A stretch of DNA of 64,000 nt from Azolla caroliniana. Taxonomy: Eukaryota > Plantae > Polypodiophyta. The stretch's first letter is position 1, and each line of letters begins with the position of its first letter. The position numbers and the translations under genes were made by a program. The DNA is taken from NCBI GenBank assembly GCA_043228905.1, contig JBHGNT010000005.1, positions 9,796,001 through 9,860,000 of the forward strand. The letters are read 5' to 3'. Of this stretch, positions 38,381 through 50,706 are shown piece by piece. The notes beneath the pieces were generated by a model. The model searched no databases. It had not been told where the DNA came from and worked only from the letters and a program-made list of their open reading frames with translations.

Positions 38381-38797
38381 TTAGGAATATGTCCCTCCTA
38401 TGGGAGGACCCGACTGGTCGGACTAAGAGCCGACAATCAAAGATAAGTAGTAGCTAATTGGTTGGGCTGAGAGCCAACAATCAACGACAAGGAGTAGCCA
38501 ATTGGTGGGCCGAGAGACGACAATCAATGTCATGGAGAGTCGACTGAGAGAGAGTCGACAACATAGTAAGTGATCCAAGTCGAAGACACGACCGACTAGT
38601 CGAACAATCGGCTGATTAACTACTATTATTATCAGTTTAATAATAGAAGTGAGAGTAGTAGGGACTACATTTGTGCATAGCCCATACTATGTATAAGTAT
38701 AAATACACTTAGGGCACACATAGTTTAGTGTTAAAGTGTAGAACAGAAAGAATAGAATTCTGTAGAGTTCCTATAACGAGTGAGTTACAGAGAGAAG

Positions 38798-41700
38798 AGA
38801 TAGATAGATAGATTATATTATCGTCTTCGGAGGTCAAATATGACCTATGAGACCAAAAATATTACATTTCACGTGATACGTGTGAAATGAGTAGTGACTC
38901 TCGATGTTCAAGAACTTTACCAATGAATGTTGCAATTGAGAGTGCACATTGTGGTTGTGAGAGAAATTCATGCAAGGATTGGGCTCGATTGAAGAGATGT
39001 GGAAAGCATGGTCGAATATGATCAAGGGCAGTGCATTGTATCAAAGTGTGATACTTAGACTCACGAACTTGTTTAGGGCAAAGTGTGCATAGCCGATCAC
39101 TCTCATCTCTTGTGCCCCAACGCCATGTCTCACATCGTAATGCATGTGAGTTAAGTTGCATGGAAGCAATGGTTCAAATGGCAGATAACTGTATGGGCTC
39201 TAACATGTATCGATGTGTACGTTTTCCCCGTTCCGCGAAGAATATGGTTTTGTAGTTAGGTGCAACATGTGTAGTATAATGTGTGAAGCGTGAGCCTCCA
39301 CATTTGTCCCATGTCATGATACATTGGCATCGCAAAAAGGCCTCATTTACAGAGGAATCTAGTGATGCATCATGAAGCAAGTGTCTCGCATTCCATCTAC
39401 CAAACCATTTTTCTATATCTTGCATCCAACTGGAACACAAAATTTTGATTTTGTGCGTCTTTTGGATCTTTTTGCTTGCTTCCCATGCAATTCTAGCAAC
39501 CTTAAGCATGTATTCAACAAATCCATGGACATGATTTCAATGGGAAGTGATCCCATCTCAAGGAGGAGGGTGTAGGGCGTTTGTTTCTTAATGTGTAGAA
39601 ACTTTGTAAAAAAATGTTTTTGGACATTTTCAAACTCTTTCCACATAGATTTAGGGATGCTACTACCTAATATTTCCACCCAATAAAGAAGAACCGGTGT
39701 CATCAAAGTGTCGAAAAGATATTTCTTGAGGACCCAACACTTAATATCTCCAAGATTGCATGTGTTCTCAAATGCATAGTATGCTCGCTTACCCGCTTCT
39801 AAGCGGCGTGTAGCACATTCATTCCATCTATGATTTGAAGGTACTTCAAGGCCATGATATTTGAAGCTTTCCACACATTCAAGTGGCTCATTGTTGTACA
39901 TGATGCATGGTTTATCTCTTTTTTGGCTCTTCACAAGCATAATCTATGTTTTAGTGCTATTGACACTTAATTTAGTATGCATGCAATTTTTTTCCAATGC
40001 CTTCATAAGCTTTTGTGCATCTCCTAAAGTATTTGGCAAAAGCACTACATCATCTGCATATAGCAAAAGCATAATCGCAACATTCCCAATGGCAAATTCT
40101 TCAACAAATTCATCCTTTGCAAATTTGGTAACCATTTCTTCCAGTTCATCAATGCGTAGACCATATAGTGTTGGTGAGAGTGGGCATTCTGGCTTAACAC
40201 CAATAGTGCTTTTGAAAAAATCTGAAAGCCTATCTCTCATATGCACACAACATATAACCTTCTCATAAATTTGGGAAATTGCAAGCATATATTCACTTGG
40301 CACGTCAAATTCTTCCATTTGCCTTCAAAGATGCTCAGGAGGTACCATATCGAAAGCTTTCTTGAAGTCTACAAAGAAACAATATAAACCTTTACCTCTA
40401 AGGCGACTTTCCTCCATTAATACTCAAAGGGTGACAAGGTGATCAATGGTGCTATGGTGTTTTAGAAAGCCAGCTTGTCCATAAGTTCTCTTCCCATTTT
40501 TTTTAGCCCATACACTTATCTTTGATTCAATTATACATCCAAATAATTTTGCCATTAATGAGACAACCATGATGGTTCAATAGTTGTTTACATTATTTAC
40601 ATCTCCACCTTTATGTAAAGGTTTGATCCAATTTGTAGTCTAATCGTACAACATACCATATTGCAATGCATCTTAAATATATCGCTTATCCATACATTTG
40701 AGCATTTCAACCTTTATACATTGAAGATCGCTTGCCTTTCGAGAGGCCAAATTCTTAAGTCCTATGCATATATCTTCAATTGTAAAGAAGGGAGACATAT
40801 GTGAAAGAGAACCATAACACATCATCTTTCTGGCAAGAGATAACTCATATAAATTCTTACAATGCATAGACAAGTCGTGAAGAGTTAAGTCACCATAACT
40901 CTCAACACGTTGTCGTGAAGATGCGTCACTACGCGCGGATCGTGAGGCGGAACCGTCGGGGTTCTGGATCGGAAGGATTCGAAGTTGCACTAGCTTTAGC
41001 GAGAAAGGATTTAAGATAGATTGAGAGAGAGAGATTGAGATAGGATAGAAGGCTTGACTTTAGATTGAGAGAGATAAAGATTGATACATCAATTGGATAA
41101 CGAATTTCTTACTTTAAATTTCTTGATTAATACATCAATTGGATAACGAATTTTCTTCTTAATATTAATTTTGATATCAAGTACAAAGCTTTCAAAAAAT
41201 TTACGTTAGCCCTTTCATCTTTTTCCTCCCCTCTTTTATAGATGCCCTCATGCATTTGAGGGTACAAGACATGCATAAAATGCATGTTTGCCATTTGGCG
41301 CTCATGTATTACATGTGGTGCATGATAACCATGTCACTCATTTTAGCTCTCATGTATAAGAATTTACAAGTTACAATAATAAAAATATAATTCCCAAAGA
41401 AATAGTTTGGCTTAATGGTAAGCTTATTGCTTCTTATCCTGGAGGTGTTAAGTTTGAGTCTTGCTTACATTGTTTTCTTTTATGCACAAAATACTATTAG
41501 GCTTTTGGACCAAATATCTTTAAGACACCATGCACCACGATCAACCGACCCGATCGATCTGTCCGATTTGCATCCGTTTGCTCCGGCCCGGTCCGCATCC
41601 CGAGTTGCTTGCCGATCATCGGCTCCGTCGCCTGATGTCGTCGACTCACCAGCTCCGTCGTCTGTGTTCACTCTGTCACCAGCTCCGTCACCGGATGATG

Positions 41701-44700
41701 CCGGATGTCGGTCTCGCCGGCTCTGTCGGTCGTCGTCAGTTGCCGGATCACCAGTCACCGGATCTGTCACTGATTGCCGGCTCCATCCGGTTTCGGTTTT
41801 GTCGTTAGCTGGTTTGAGTTTCTTCACCAACCGGGTTCGGGCACTTAGCCACATCCAGCAGCGACTTAGCCACATATGGTCATCTAGACAAAAGTGGCTC
41901 AAGTCCAACTATTTCTCATGTGCTCTTAACACATAGATGAATTATGATGAATCTCAATCTGCTTATATAGCTGGGCCTAAACTTTTGCTTTCTATGTGGG
42001 ATATTTTACAGTTTTATTTTTCTCTTTTCCTTTGCAAACTTCCTACCCACATAACTTGAGACTTAGATGTCTGTTTGTAGTAAGATATTAAACATATTTT
42101 AAATAGTATTTTCACTATTATTGTTTTATATGATTCATACTCAATTTCATATGTTTTATGAGATTTTCACACCATTGCCGAAAATCTTCACGACATCCAC
42201 CCCCACCAAACTGCACGTCCTCCGGTACGTGCCAAGAAGAGAGAATGTGAGATTTCGGCAACGACATCCACCCCCACCAAACTACACGTCCTCTGGTACG
42301 TGCCAAGAAGAGAGAATGTGAGATTTCAGCAATGGTGATCAGCATGACTCCTCAACATTGAGCATGTCTATTTCTTTGTACTCGAATCATTGTTGCCACC
42401 CAATCCACCATATCATTCATTTTTTCTTTGCTATACCATGACTTGTTGTCATGGCCCCTTGCTCTCTTCTTGAGGATAATCGTTTAATTCTCATGAATGT
42501 TCCACCTTCATCTTGGCCATCTCCTTGGTCACCTAACTTTCCTTTATCATCATTTCTTGTCTCATGCTTGCCTTTCCTTATGCTCACTAGCCTCGATCGG
42601 GTGTCACGGCTCGTCTGCTTCGACCTCCGTCTAGGCCGGTTCAACTTCTGTCTGTCTCGACCAATTAGCTTCTGGCTTGGTCAACCTTCGTCCGGATTCG
42701 CATTTAGCCGAATCGGGCTCAGATGATCGACTTTCGACCTGGTCAGTTTACATTCGATTTTCGGTTGGTTTGGGCCCGGTTGATCAACTCTCGTTCGGGT
42801 CGGCTTCCATTCAGGTCGGAATACCAACCGCGTCATCTTCCATCCGGATTGTATTCCGGTTTTTCCTTTCTTGTCGTTATCTGGCTCTTCATTGAACTCT
42901 ATTGTAGCTTTGTTTTTGGCGTCCTTGTTGGCTGTCGTTCCTCTGTATTCGCTGGCTTTGACCCTCATCTCCTCGTCGCCACCTTCCATCTCTCTGTTCT
43001 TATGTTCGCTCTCGGACACAACTGCCGAAGTCTCCAGAACTGGTGTGGAGAGATTCCTGCGTCTGTGGCCATCCTCTTGATCGTCGTTTTGGTCCTTCGA
43101 TTTCCTGGTGCCACCTTTCGTCTCTTGGGTCTTACATCGGTTCTCCAATGCAATTGCCCAAGTCTCTGAAACAACTGCGGAGGAAATTTGGTGGTCGTCA
43201 TTGGCGGTATTATCTTGGTCCTTCTCTTCCTTTTTGCCACCATCCGTCTCTTGGGTCTCACGTTGGTTCTCGGACGCAACTGAAGTCTCTAGATGAGGTG
43301 TTGGGAAAGTCTCCACATGACCATCTGCCATCGACTCATTCATAGCCATCTCCACTCGACGTCGTTTTTCGTGGTTATCTCTTCAATATCATGGGCCTCG
43401 TACCCATTGACCCTCTTGATCGAACAAGCTTCGATCATGCTTCTCTCTTTATTGCATGTATTCATTTCGACCTCCGGCTCCTTGTCGACACCTTCCATCT
43501 CTTAGGTCTCATGTTGGTCCTTTGACGCAACCGCCCAACTCTCCAGAGCATGTGTGGAGAAAATCCGGTCGTGGTCATGGTCAACGCTTGTTATCTTGTT
43601 CATAGTCACCTCCTTGATTTTGTCTTTAGCGGCTTACACTAGCCTCGCACTCTTTATCTCCATTGATGCAAGCTTCGATTTGGCTTGCTCCTTCATCATT
43701 CGTTGTTTCGAACACGACGCATGTTCTAAAACATTTGTCCTCCTTTGAAATGGTAGTCATCGTCCTCGAGTCATCATCAATATTCATTTCATGTTGGATG
43801 CGTTGTTTAGGCATCTCAACTTCTTTAGATGGTTCTGCTTTTTCTACGCTTGTTCTTACCAAGTCAATATCATGGAGCGATCGATGACGCTTGTCAATCT
43901 TGTTGCTTGCTTCACCGCAACCTAGTCTGCCACAAGCCCATTCGCTTGGGTATCATCATCGAGGAGAGTCCCCAATTCTCGTCTATCCTTCATATCCACA
44001 GCCTTCAAGAAGTGCAAACTCTTATCTTCCTCAAGTAGCACTTGGTCCATGGTGGGGAGACGACCAAACATCTGGTCGAACTCGTCATATATCCTCAAGA
44101 CGCTCATCTTCTTTTTTTTTTCTCTCTCCATTTCATGAGGACATGTCGAGTCATCCTCATCGAGTCTTCAGTCGCGAACTCCACTAATATCGCTTTCTCA
44201 AACTCGGACCATGTAGGCTTACCTTCTTGAATCTCGATGATGCGTCTTTGGATGTTGTTGGCGACCACTCTCTTGAAACTTGTGATTTGACGCGCTTTGG
44301 ACACGTCCCTTTTATTCATCTCCCTTCTATATGCATCAAGGAACTTCATAATGTTCCTTCCGCCAAATTGACCCTCGAGCTCAACGACACGGTCAACAGC
44401 CTTCTCCACGCTCGCATCGTTGTCTCAAGATCTCATCATTTGTTCAATAATTAGCATCATGCTTGCGAGCTCTCATGCTTGGTTGCTTAAGAATGCCATC
44501 TCCAAGTATCGGTTGATCCTCGATTTGATCCTTCCTGCCGCCTCTTTCACGTCGGGTTTACCACTTAATTATGTCATGAAGATCCGTCACTATGCGCGGA
44601 TCTCGAGGCGGAACCGTCGGGGTTCTGGACCGGAAGGATTCAAAGTTGCACTAGCTTTAGCGAGAAAGGATTTAAGATAGATTGAGAAAGAGAGATTGAG

Positions 44701-46795
44701 ATAAGATAGAAGGCTTGACTTTAGATTGAGAGAGATTAAGATTGATACATCAATTGGATAACTAATTTCTTACTTTTAATTTCTTGATTAATATATCAAT
44801 TGGATAACGAATTTTCTTCTTAATATTAATTTTGATATCAAGTACAAAGCTTCCAAAAAATTTACGTTAGCCCTTTCATCTTTTTCCTCCCCTCTTTTAT
44901 AGATGCCCTCATGCATTTGAGGGTACAAGACATGCATAAAATGCATGTTTGCCATTTGGCGCTCATGTATTACATGTGGTGCATGATAACTATGTCACTC
45001 ATTTTAGCTCTCATGCACCGCGATCAACTGACCCGACCGATCCATCAAATTTGCATCTGTTTGGTCCGCATCCCAAGTGGCTTGCCGGTCATCGGCCCCG
45101 TCGCCCGATGTCGCCGGTTCGCCGGCTCCGTCGCCGGTTATCACTGGCTCACCGGCTCCATCGTCGATTGCTGTCGGCTCACCAGCCCACTGGCTTCGTC
45201 GCCAGATGATGCCGGATGCCGGTTTCGCCGGCTCCGTCAGTCGCCGTCGCCGGTTACCGTTCGTTGCCGGATCACCGGTCACCAGTTCTGTCGCCGGTTG
45301 CCGGCTCCATCCGATTTCCGGTTCTATTGTCAACCGGTTTGTGTTTCTTCACCAACCGATTCAGGCAGTTAGCCACATCCAGCGACTTAGCCACATATGT
45401 CCATCTAGACAAAAGTGGCTCAAGTCCAACTATTTCTTATGTGCTCTTAACACATAGATGAATTATGAACCAACCGGTTCGGGCACTTAGCCACATCCGA
45501 CGACTTAGCCACATATGTCCATCTAGACAAAAGTGGCTCAAGTCCAACTATTTCTCATGTGCTCTTAACACATAGATAAATTATGATGAATCTCAATCTA
45601 CTTATATAGTTGGCCTAAACTTTTCCTTTCTATGTGGGATATTTCACAGTTTTATTTTTCTCTTTTCCTTTGCAAACTTCCTACCCACATAACTTGAGAC
45701 TTAAATGTCTGTTTCTTATGTAGTAAGGTGCATTCGAAAGCTCTTACAGACCTCCATCTTTTTGTAGTAAGATATTAAACATATTTTAAATAGTATTTTC
45801 ACTATTATTGTTTTATATGATTCATACTCGATTTCATATGTTTTATGAGATTTTCACACCATTGCCGAAAATCTTCACGACAACGTTTCCACTTTAGATT
45901 TCCCCAAAATTTAGCACATGCATGTGCTTTCTCTTGAGTTTGGATAAATTGTTGAGTAACTTCCCATATTCTTCTCTTTCTTTGAATAAACCTTTTATAC
46001 TCATGAAAATGCTTTTGGTAATTCTCTTTATCCTTAACTACATCCAAAACCATAAGGCACTTTCAAGCTTCACGACATTCTTTATCAAACCATTTTTTCC
46101 TAAGTTTCTTGGTGCATTTCTAAGATGTGTGGTTGGTCTAAAAACATTTGTTTGTACCCGAGAGAATGACTTTCTTGAAAGCTCCCCATTTGCATTCTAG
46201 TGTAGCACCATGTTGTATCTTTGTCATTTGTAACATATCCTCAACCATCTTGGAATACATGGGCACTCGCTTAAGGTTCATGCTCAAGTGCGGTTGCTTA
46301 TTATCTTCGATAGCATTTTAACAATCAAACCTATGCATACATTTGAGATCAATACATAATGGTCTATGATCAGATTTTAGTGTCTATTCACCAAGTGAGA
46401 ATTTATGTATACGATCCAAAATACCTTCGGAAAGTAGCACATAGTCAATCGCACTATTTCCGTTGTGTTTTCTACATGTAAAACCATTAGTGTTGGGCCA
46501 TAAGGAAATACCATTTGCAATAAGAAATCCGGTACTATGCACATTTGTAGGAGACTTCCCAAATTGGTCTGAATCTTTTTAATCGCTAGAAGAGCAGCTA
46601 TACATTTGCATATCCTCTTGCATCCTTGAGATATGTGGCATGAAAGATTCTTGTGAATCAACTTGGAAACTTGAGCATTCATGTCACCAAAGACAATAAC
46701 TTCCTCTTTGGATTTGAAATAAGCAATATCATCTTCTAGATTGGCAAAAGGTTGATCTTTATCCAAACAAGCATAAAAGTTAGAATCTATTAGAT
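38798..46795 (-). mobile_element. Degenerate RTE-like LINE (APE-RT-Cys/His tail), interrupted at 40911-45882
   Basis: Endonuclease motif VIVFGDMNA (46377..46766); RT GVKPECPLSPTL and LLYADDVVL (39944..40318); C-terminal CTLC..H..C (38862..39161); (TCTA)n 3' tail. Confidence 0.88.
40911..45882 (-). mobile_element. Non-autonomous gag-only LTR element (TR-GAG/LARD-like) of the Trp-primed Gypsy group
   Basis: LTRs 40911-42195 and 44572-45882 with 12-bp inverted ends TGTCGTGAAGAT/ATCTTCACGACA; perfect TSD ACGT; PPT from 42196; PBS TTCACGTCGGGTTTACCA at 44546-44563; gag-like pieces 43922..44409; no pol motifs. Confidence 0.9.
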
Positions 46796-47021
46796 TGGCA
46801 AAACTTTCTCCTTTGTATTCTCCATTGTATAGTAGATCTCTGTTCCTGTGGTTTTTTCCTGTTTAGGGTTTCCATGTCAAACTGTATATTCTATGTATTT
46901 GTTGAGTTTTCTTGTTTCCGCGTTATTGTGTATTACACAGTTGGTTTTCCTCACGAATCTCGGGATCGTATCCCAACAAACTGGTATCTTAGTGAAGTTG
47001 AAAGATGGAAGGAGGTGTGAG

Positions 47022-49127
47022 TGTTAGGAATATGTCCCTCCAGTGGGAGGAGCCGACTGCTCGAAGAGAGCTGACAATCGAAGACAAGGAGCAACCGACT
47101 AGTCAGATGAGAGTGAACAGTTGAGGAGTCGACTCAAAGAGAGTTGATCGAGGTCGAAGACACGGCCGACTAGTCAGGCTGATTGGATGGTCGATGACCA
47201 TGCCAACTAGTCGGATTGATCCGATAGTTGATGGATGAGTGAGCTGATTAGTAAGACTATTATTAATATTAGGTAATAATGGGAATGGCAGTAGAAGTGG
47301 CTACATTTATAAACAACCCATATAGTGTATAAGTATAAATACACTTAGGGCAAACTGTTTGACATGTAGATAAATAGTGAAGAGCGTGAACGAGAGGAGA
47401 GAGAGTGAACGACAACATAGTTGTGTTCAGTAATAACATACGCCAAGAGCCTTGCGATGCTGTTTACACTCTATGTAGAGAGTGTTGTACTCTGATCTTG
47501 TCATTGTATATCCACTGTATAGTGAAGCTCCATTCTTCGTGGTTTTCTCCTGTTTTAGGGTTTCCATGTTAAATCTATGTACACTATTTTTTGTGTTTCA
47601 GAGTTGTGTATTTTAGTGTATTCCTTTTCTTGTGGATTGACAATTCGTTTCTCAACAAACTGGTATCAGAGCTTGAGGTACAAGCATGGAAGGAGGTGTG
47701 AGTGGCTTCCCAGGAATGATAGTTCTAAACTCTTAGAACTATGCAGACTGGAAGATAAAGATGGAGGACCTTCTCATAGTCAAAGACCTATATGTGCCGT
47801 TCAACAGAGTAGAAATACCCATAGGGGTATTAGAATCAGAATGGAAACTTCGTAACAAAAAGGCTACAATGGTATCTTTTAGAATGACAATTGGATGTTC
47901 TGCCGAGGAAATCTGATAATGGCACAAGCACAGAAGGAAGGCGCATTGTATATGATGCAAGCCCGACTGTGCAAGTCGGAAGTGAATGTGGAAGCCGACT
48001 TGGCAGGACAAATATGGCATAAGAGGCTAGGCCACATGAGTGAGAAGCGTTTGCATCTGTTAACCGACCAGAAACTTCTTCCAAAGTTAAAGGGAGTGCA
48101 TCTGGAGAAGTGTGTCGAATGCTTAGTTGGAAAGTAGAACAGAACAACATTCCACAGATGACCACCAAGAAGAAGAGAAGTCCCACTAGAACTAGTACAC
48201 ACGGATGTGTGTTATGTAAATGCTCCATCGCATCAAGGCGGACAATACTTTGTGACGTTCATTGATGACTATAGTCAGAAGACATGGGCCTTCGTACTGT
48301 GGTCGAAGCATCAAGTATTGTCATTCTTCAAGGAGTTCCAGGAAAGAAACGAGCGAGAGTCGGGTCAGAAGTTGAAGGTTGTCTGAACTGACAATGGTGG
48401 CAAATATAAAGGGCAGTTCGAGGAATCCTGCAAGGCCCAAGGTATTCGAATTGAATACACAGTGCCGAAGATCCCTGAGTTGAATGGGCTTGTGAGTAGG
48501 ATGAATCGAAAAATCATGGAGAGAGTAAGGAGCATGCTCTCTCATGCCAAACTACCAAAATCGTATTGGGCTGAGGCGATGTATACAGTTGTTTATCTAA
48601 TCAACAGGTCTCCCTTAGTACCGTTGAAAGGTGATGTCCCACAAAGGGTGTGGACAGGAAAGGATGTCTCCTACCAAAACCTGAGGGTGTTTAGATGCTT
48701 AGTATATATGCACATGCCTAAGGATCAGAGGTTAAAGCTTGACAGAAAGGTGAAACCGTGCATATTCATGGGATACTCGAAAGATGAGTTTGGCTATAGG
48801 CTATGGGACCTAGTCGACAAAAAGGTGGTGAGAAGTCATGACGTAGTCTTCTTGGATGACAAGATGATTGAGGACTGGAAGCAACAAAAGTTGGAAACGA
48901 CTCCCCGGTCGACTCCCACTACCACCGACTTAAGGCCAAGTGAACTGACACAATCGGTTGTTCGGAGATAGCCAGTCGACACAATTGAATCCCAGTCGGT
49001 TGACTCGGAGAGACCAACTGACTATGAATCTGAGTCGGCAGATATGTTAAGATCAATCGAGGGATATAAGTTGGAGTCGTCCAACCTTGAGGAGCCGATC
49101 GACATATATGAAGCCGAACCAAGAGTA
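47022..49127 (+). mobile_element. Copia 5' part (LTR 47022-47657, PBS 47661-47672, internally deleted gag, integrase)
   Basis: Gag start MEGGVSGFPGM at 47686 jumps near 47870 to the pre-integrase region (IWHKRLGHMSEK); integrase ORF 48462..48971. Confidence 0.9.
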
Positions 49128-50706
49128 TGTTAGGATTTCGGTCCCTCCGGATGGGATGATGAAGGCCCGGTGAGAACCAGATGTTGCAGGCCCGGTGAGA
49201 ACCTCTCACTGGATGAAGGGACATATATGTAAATATGTTCTAGAGAGCCCACAAGGGCTATATTTGTAAATAGCCCGAAAGTCATATTAGTATAAATATG
49301 ACCTAGGGAAAATAGTAACTGTGTGTGTTGTCATTATTTTTGTATAGAGTTATTGGTGTAACTGTTGTATAGTGCATAGCAGAAGAAAAGAGAGAGAGAG
49401 AGACAGAGTGAGTCTCTATTGTAACCGCTGCCAGGCGAAGATCGTGAGTACGAGGTCGTTGCCTCTGCGCTTATCTGTTGTATTCCTCTCTACATAGTGA
49501 TACTTTGGGTCCTTTGGGCTCCCGTGGTATTTCCCCATTTAGGGTTTTCCAAGGAAAATACTGTGTACTTTCTCCTACTCCATTGTTTGTGTGTATACGT
49601 GTATTTCTTCCTATTCCCATCTATTTATGGTTGATCCTGACACTCGGTTGTGGCCGAGCAATATTCCGCATATTCACGTCAATCTAGTATCAGAGCAAAA
49701 TGACACAGAAAATGGAAGATTCATTTGGCGGCATGTTCAAGCTCACTGGCTCCAACTACTCTTTGTGGAAGTCGAAGATGAGGGACATGCTCGTGGTTAA
49801 AGATCTTTAGTTGCCGGTTCAGTTCGGGGACAAAAGACCGGATACGATCGATGCCACGATATGGGAGGTGATGCACATGAAGACAACGACGTACATACGG
49901 TGCTTCATCGACATGAGCTTGTACAACAACTTTAATGAGGAGAGTAAGGCTCATGAGCTCTTGGAGAAGATCGGCATTATGTTTCAGAACAAAAATGCAA
50001 TTAATCGGGTTTCGTTATTCCGGAAGCTAGTGTGGCTTTGGTACCAAGATGGCTCCAGCATGGCGAAGCACATGAATGCCTTCCAAGGGCTGATTAGCTA
50101 GGGAACATCCTTGGAAGTACCTCTCGTCGATGAGGTACTAGCATTACTGTTGCTCGGTTCCCTCTCGGATAGCTGGGAGACGTTAGTTGTCACTTTAGGC
50201 AACGCCGGGACGGAAGGAAAACAGTTGTCCCTAGAAGGAGTCAAGTCGAGCTTGCTAGATGAGGAGGCACGTCGGAAAGACAAGGATACGAGCTCCGACT
50301 CCAAAGCACTCCTTACCGAATCAGAATGCAGAAGAAAAAGGAATCGGAGTCCCCAGAACCAGGAAAAGTCGGGCACACGGTCAAAGTCAAGGGGGAGGCC
50401 TACTTGCATCTATTGTGGCAAGCTGGGACACTTCCAGAAGAACTGTCAGCATTTCCGGAAAGACAAGGAAACCAACAGTACCGATTCGAAGCGGTCACCG
50501 GACCCGAACGGTAAAGATCAGCGGGGACCGAACCGGAAGGGAACGACGACAATCGTGGCAAGTGAAGAAGAGTTCATGCTCATCACCGAGGAGAGTGAGT
50601 TGAACCTTGCCGGCGACGAGACAACGTGGGTTGTCAATTCTAGAGTGTCGTTCGACCTGACTCCGGATCGGAAATGCTTCTCATCCTACACAGCCGGTGA
50701 GCACGG
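49128..50706 (+). mobile_element. Copia 5' part (LTR 49128-49681, PBS 49685-49696, gag to protease start)
   Basis: LTR start TGTTAGGATTTCGGTCCCTCCGGATGGGATG resembles the A/B LTRs; gag ORFs 49811..50101 and 50111..50734 with CIYCGKLGHFQKNC. Confidence 0.9.

Larger units (their letters stand above)
38381..47021 (+). mobile_element. Copia 5' LTR (about 38381-38797 plus 46796-46977) split by a LINE, followed by PBS and the first codons of gag
   Basis: TTAGGAATATGTCCCTCC start as in LTRs 3071 and 47022; U5-like part ends CCCAACA at 46977, then TGGTATC and ATGGAAGGAGGTGTGAG. Confidence 0.72.

Noticed and set aside
41415-41936. 173-aa ORF resembling a Pro/Ser-rich membrane protein
   Set aside because: It lies within an LTR repeat core and its frame is not preserved in the sister LTR.
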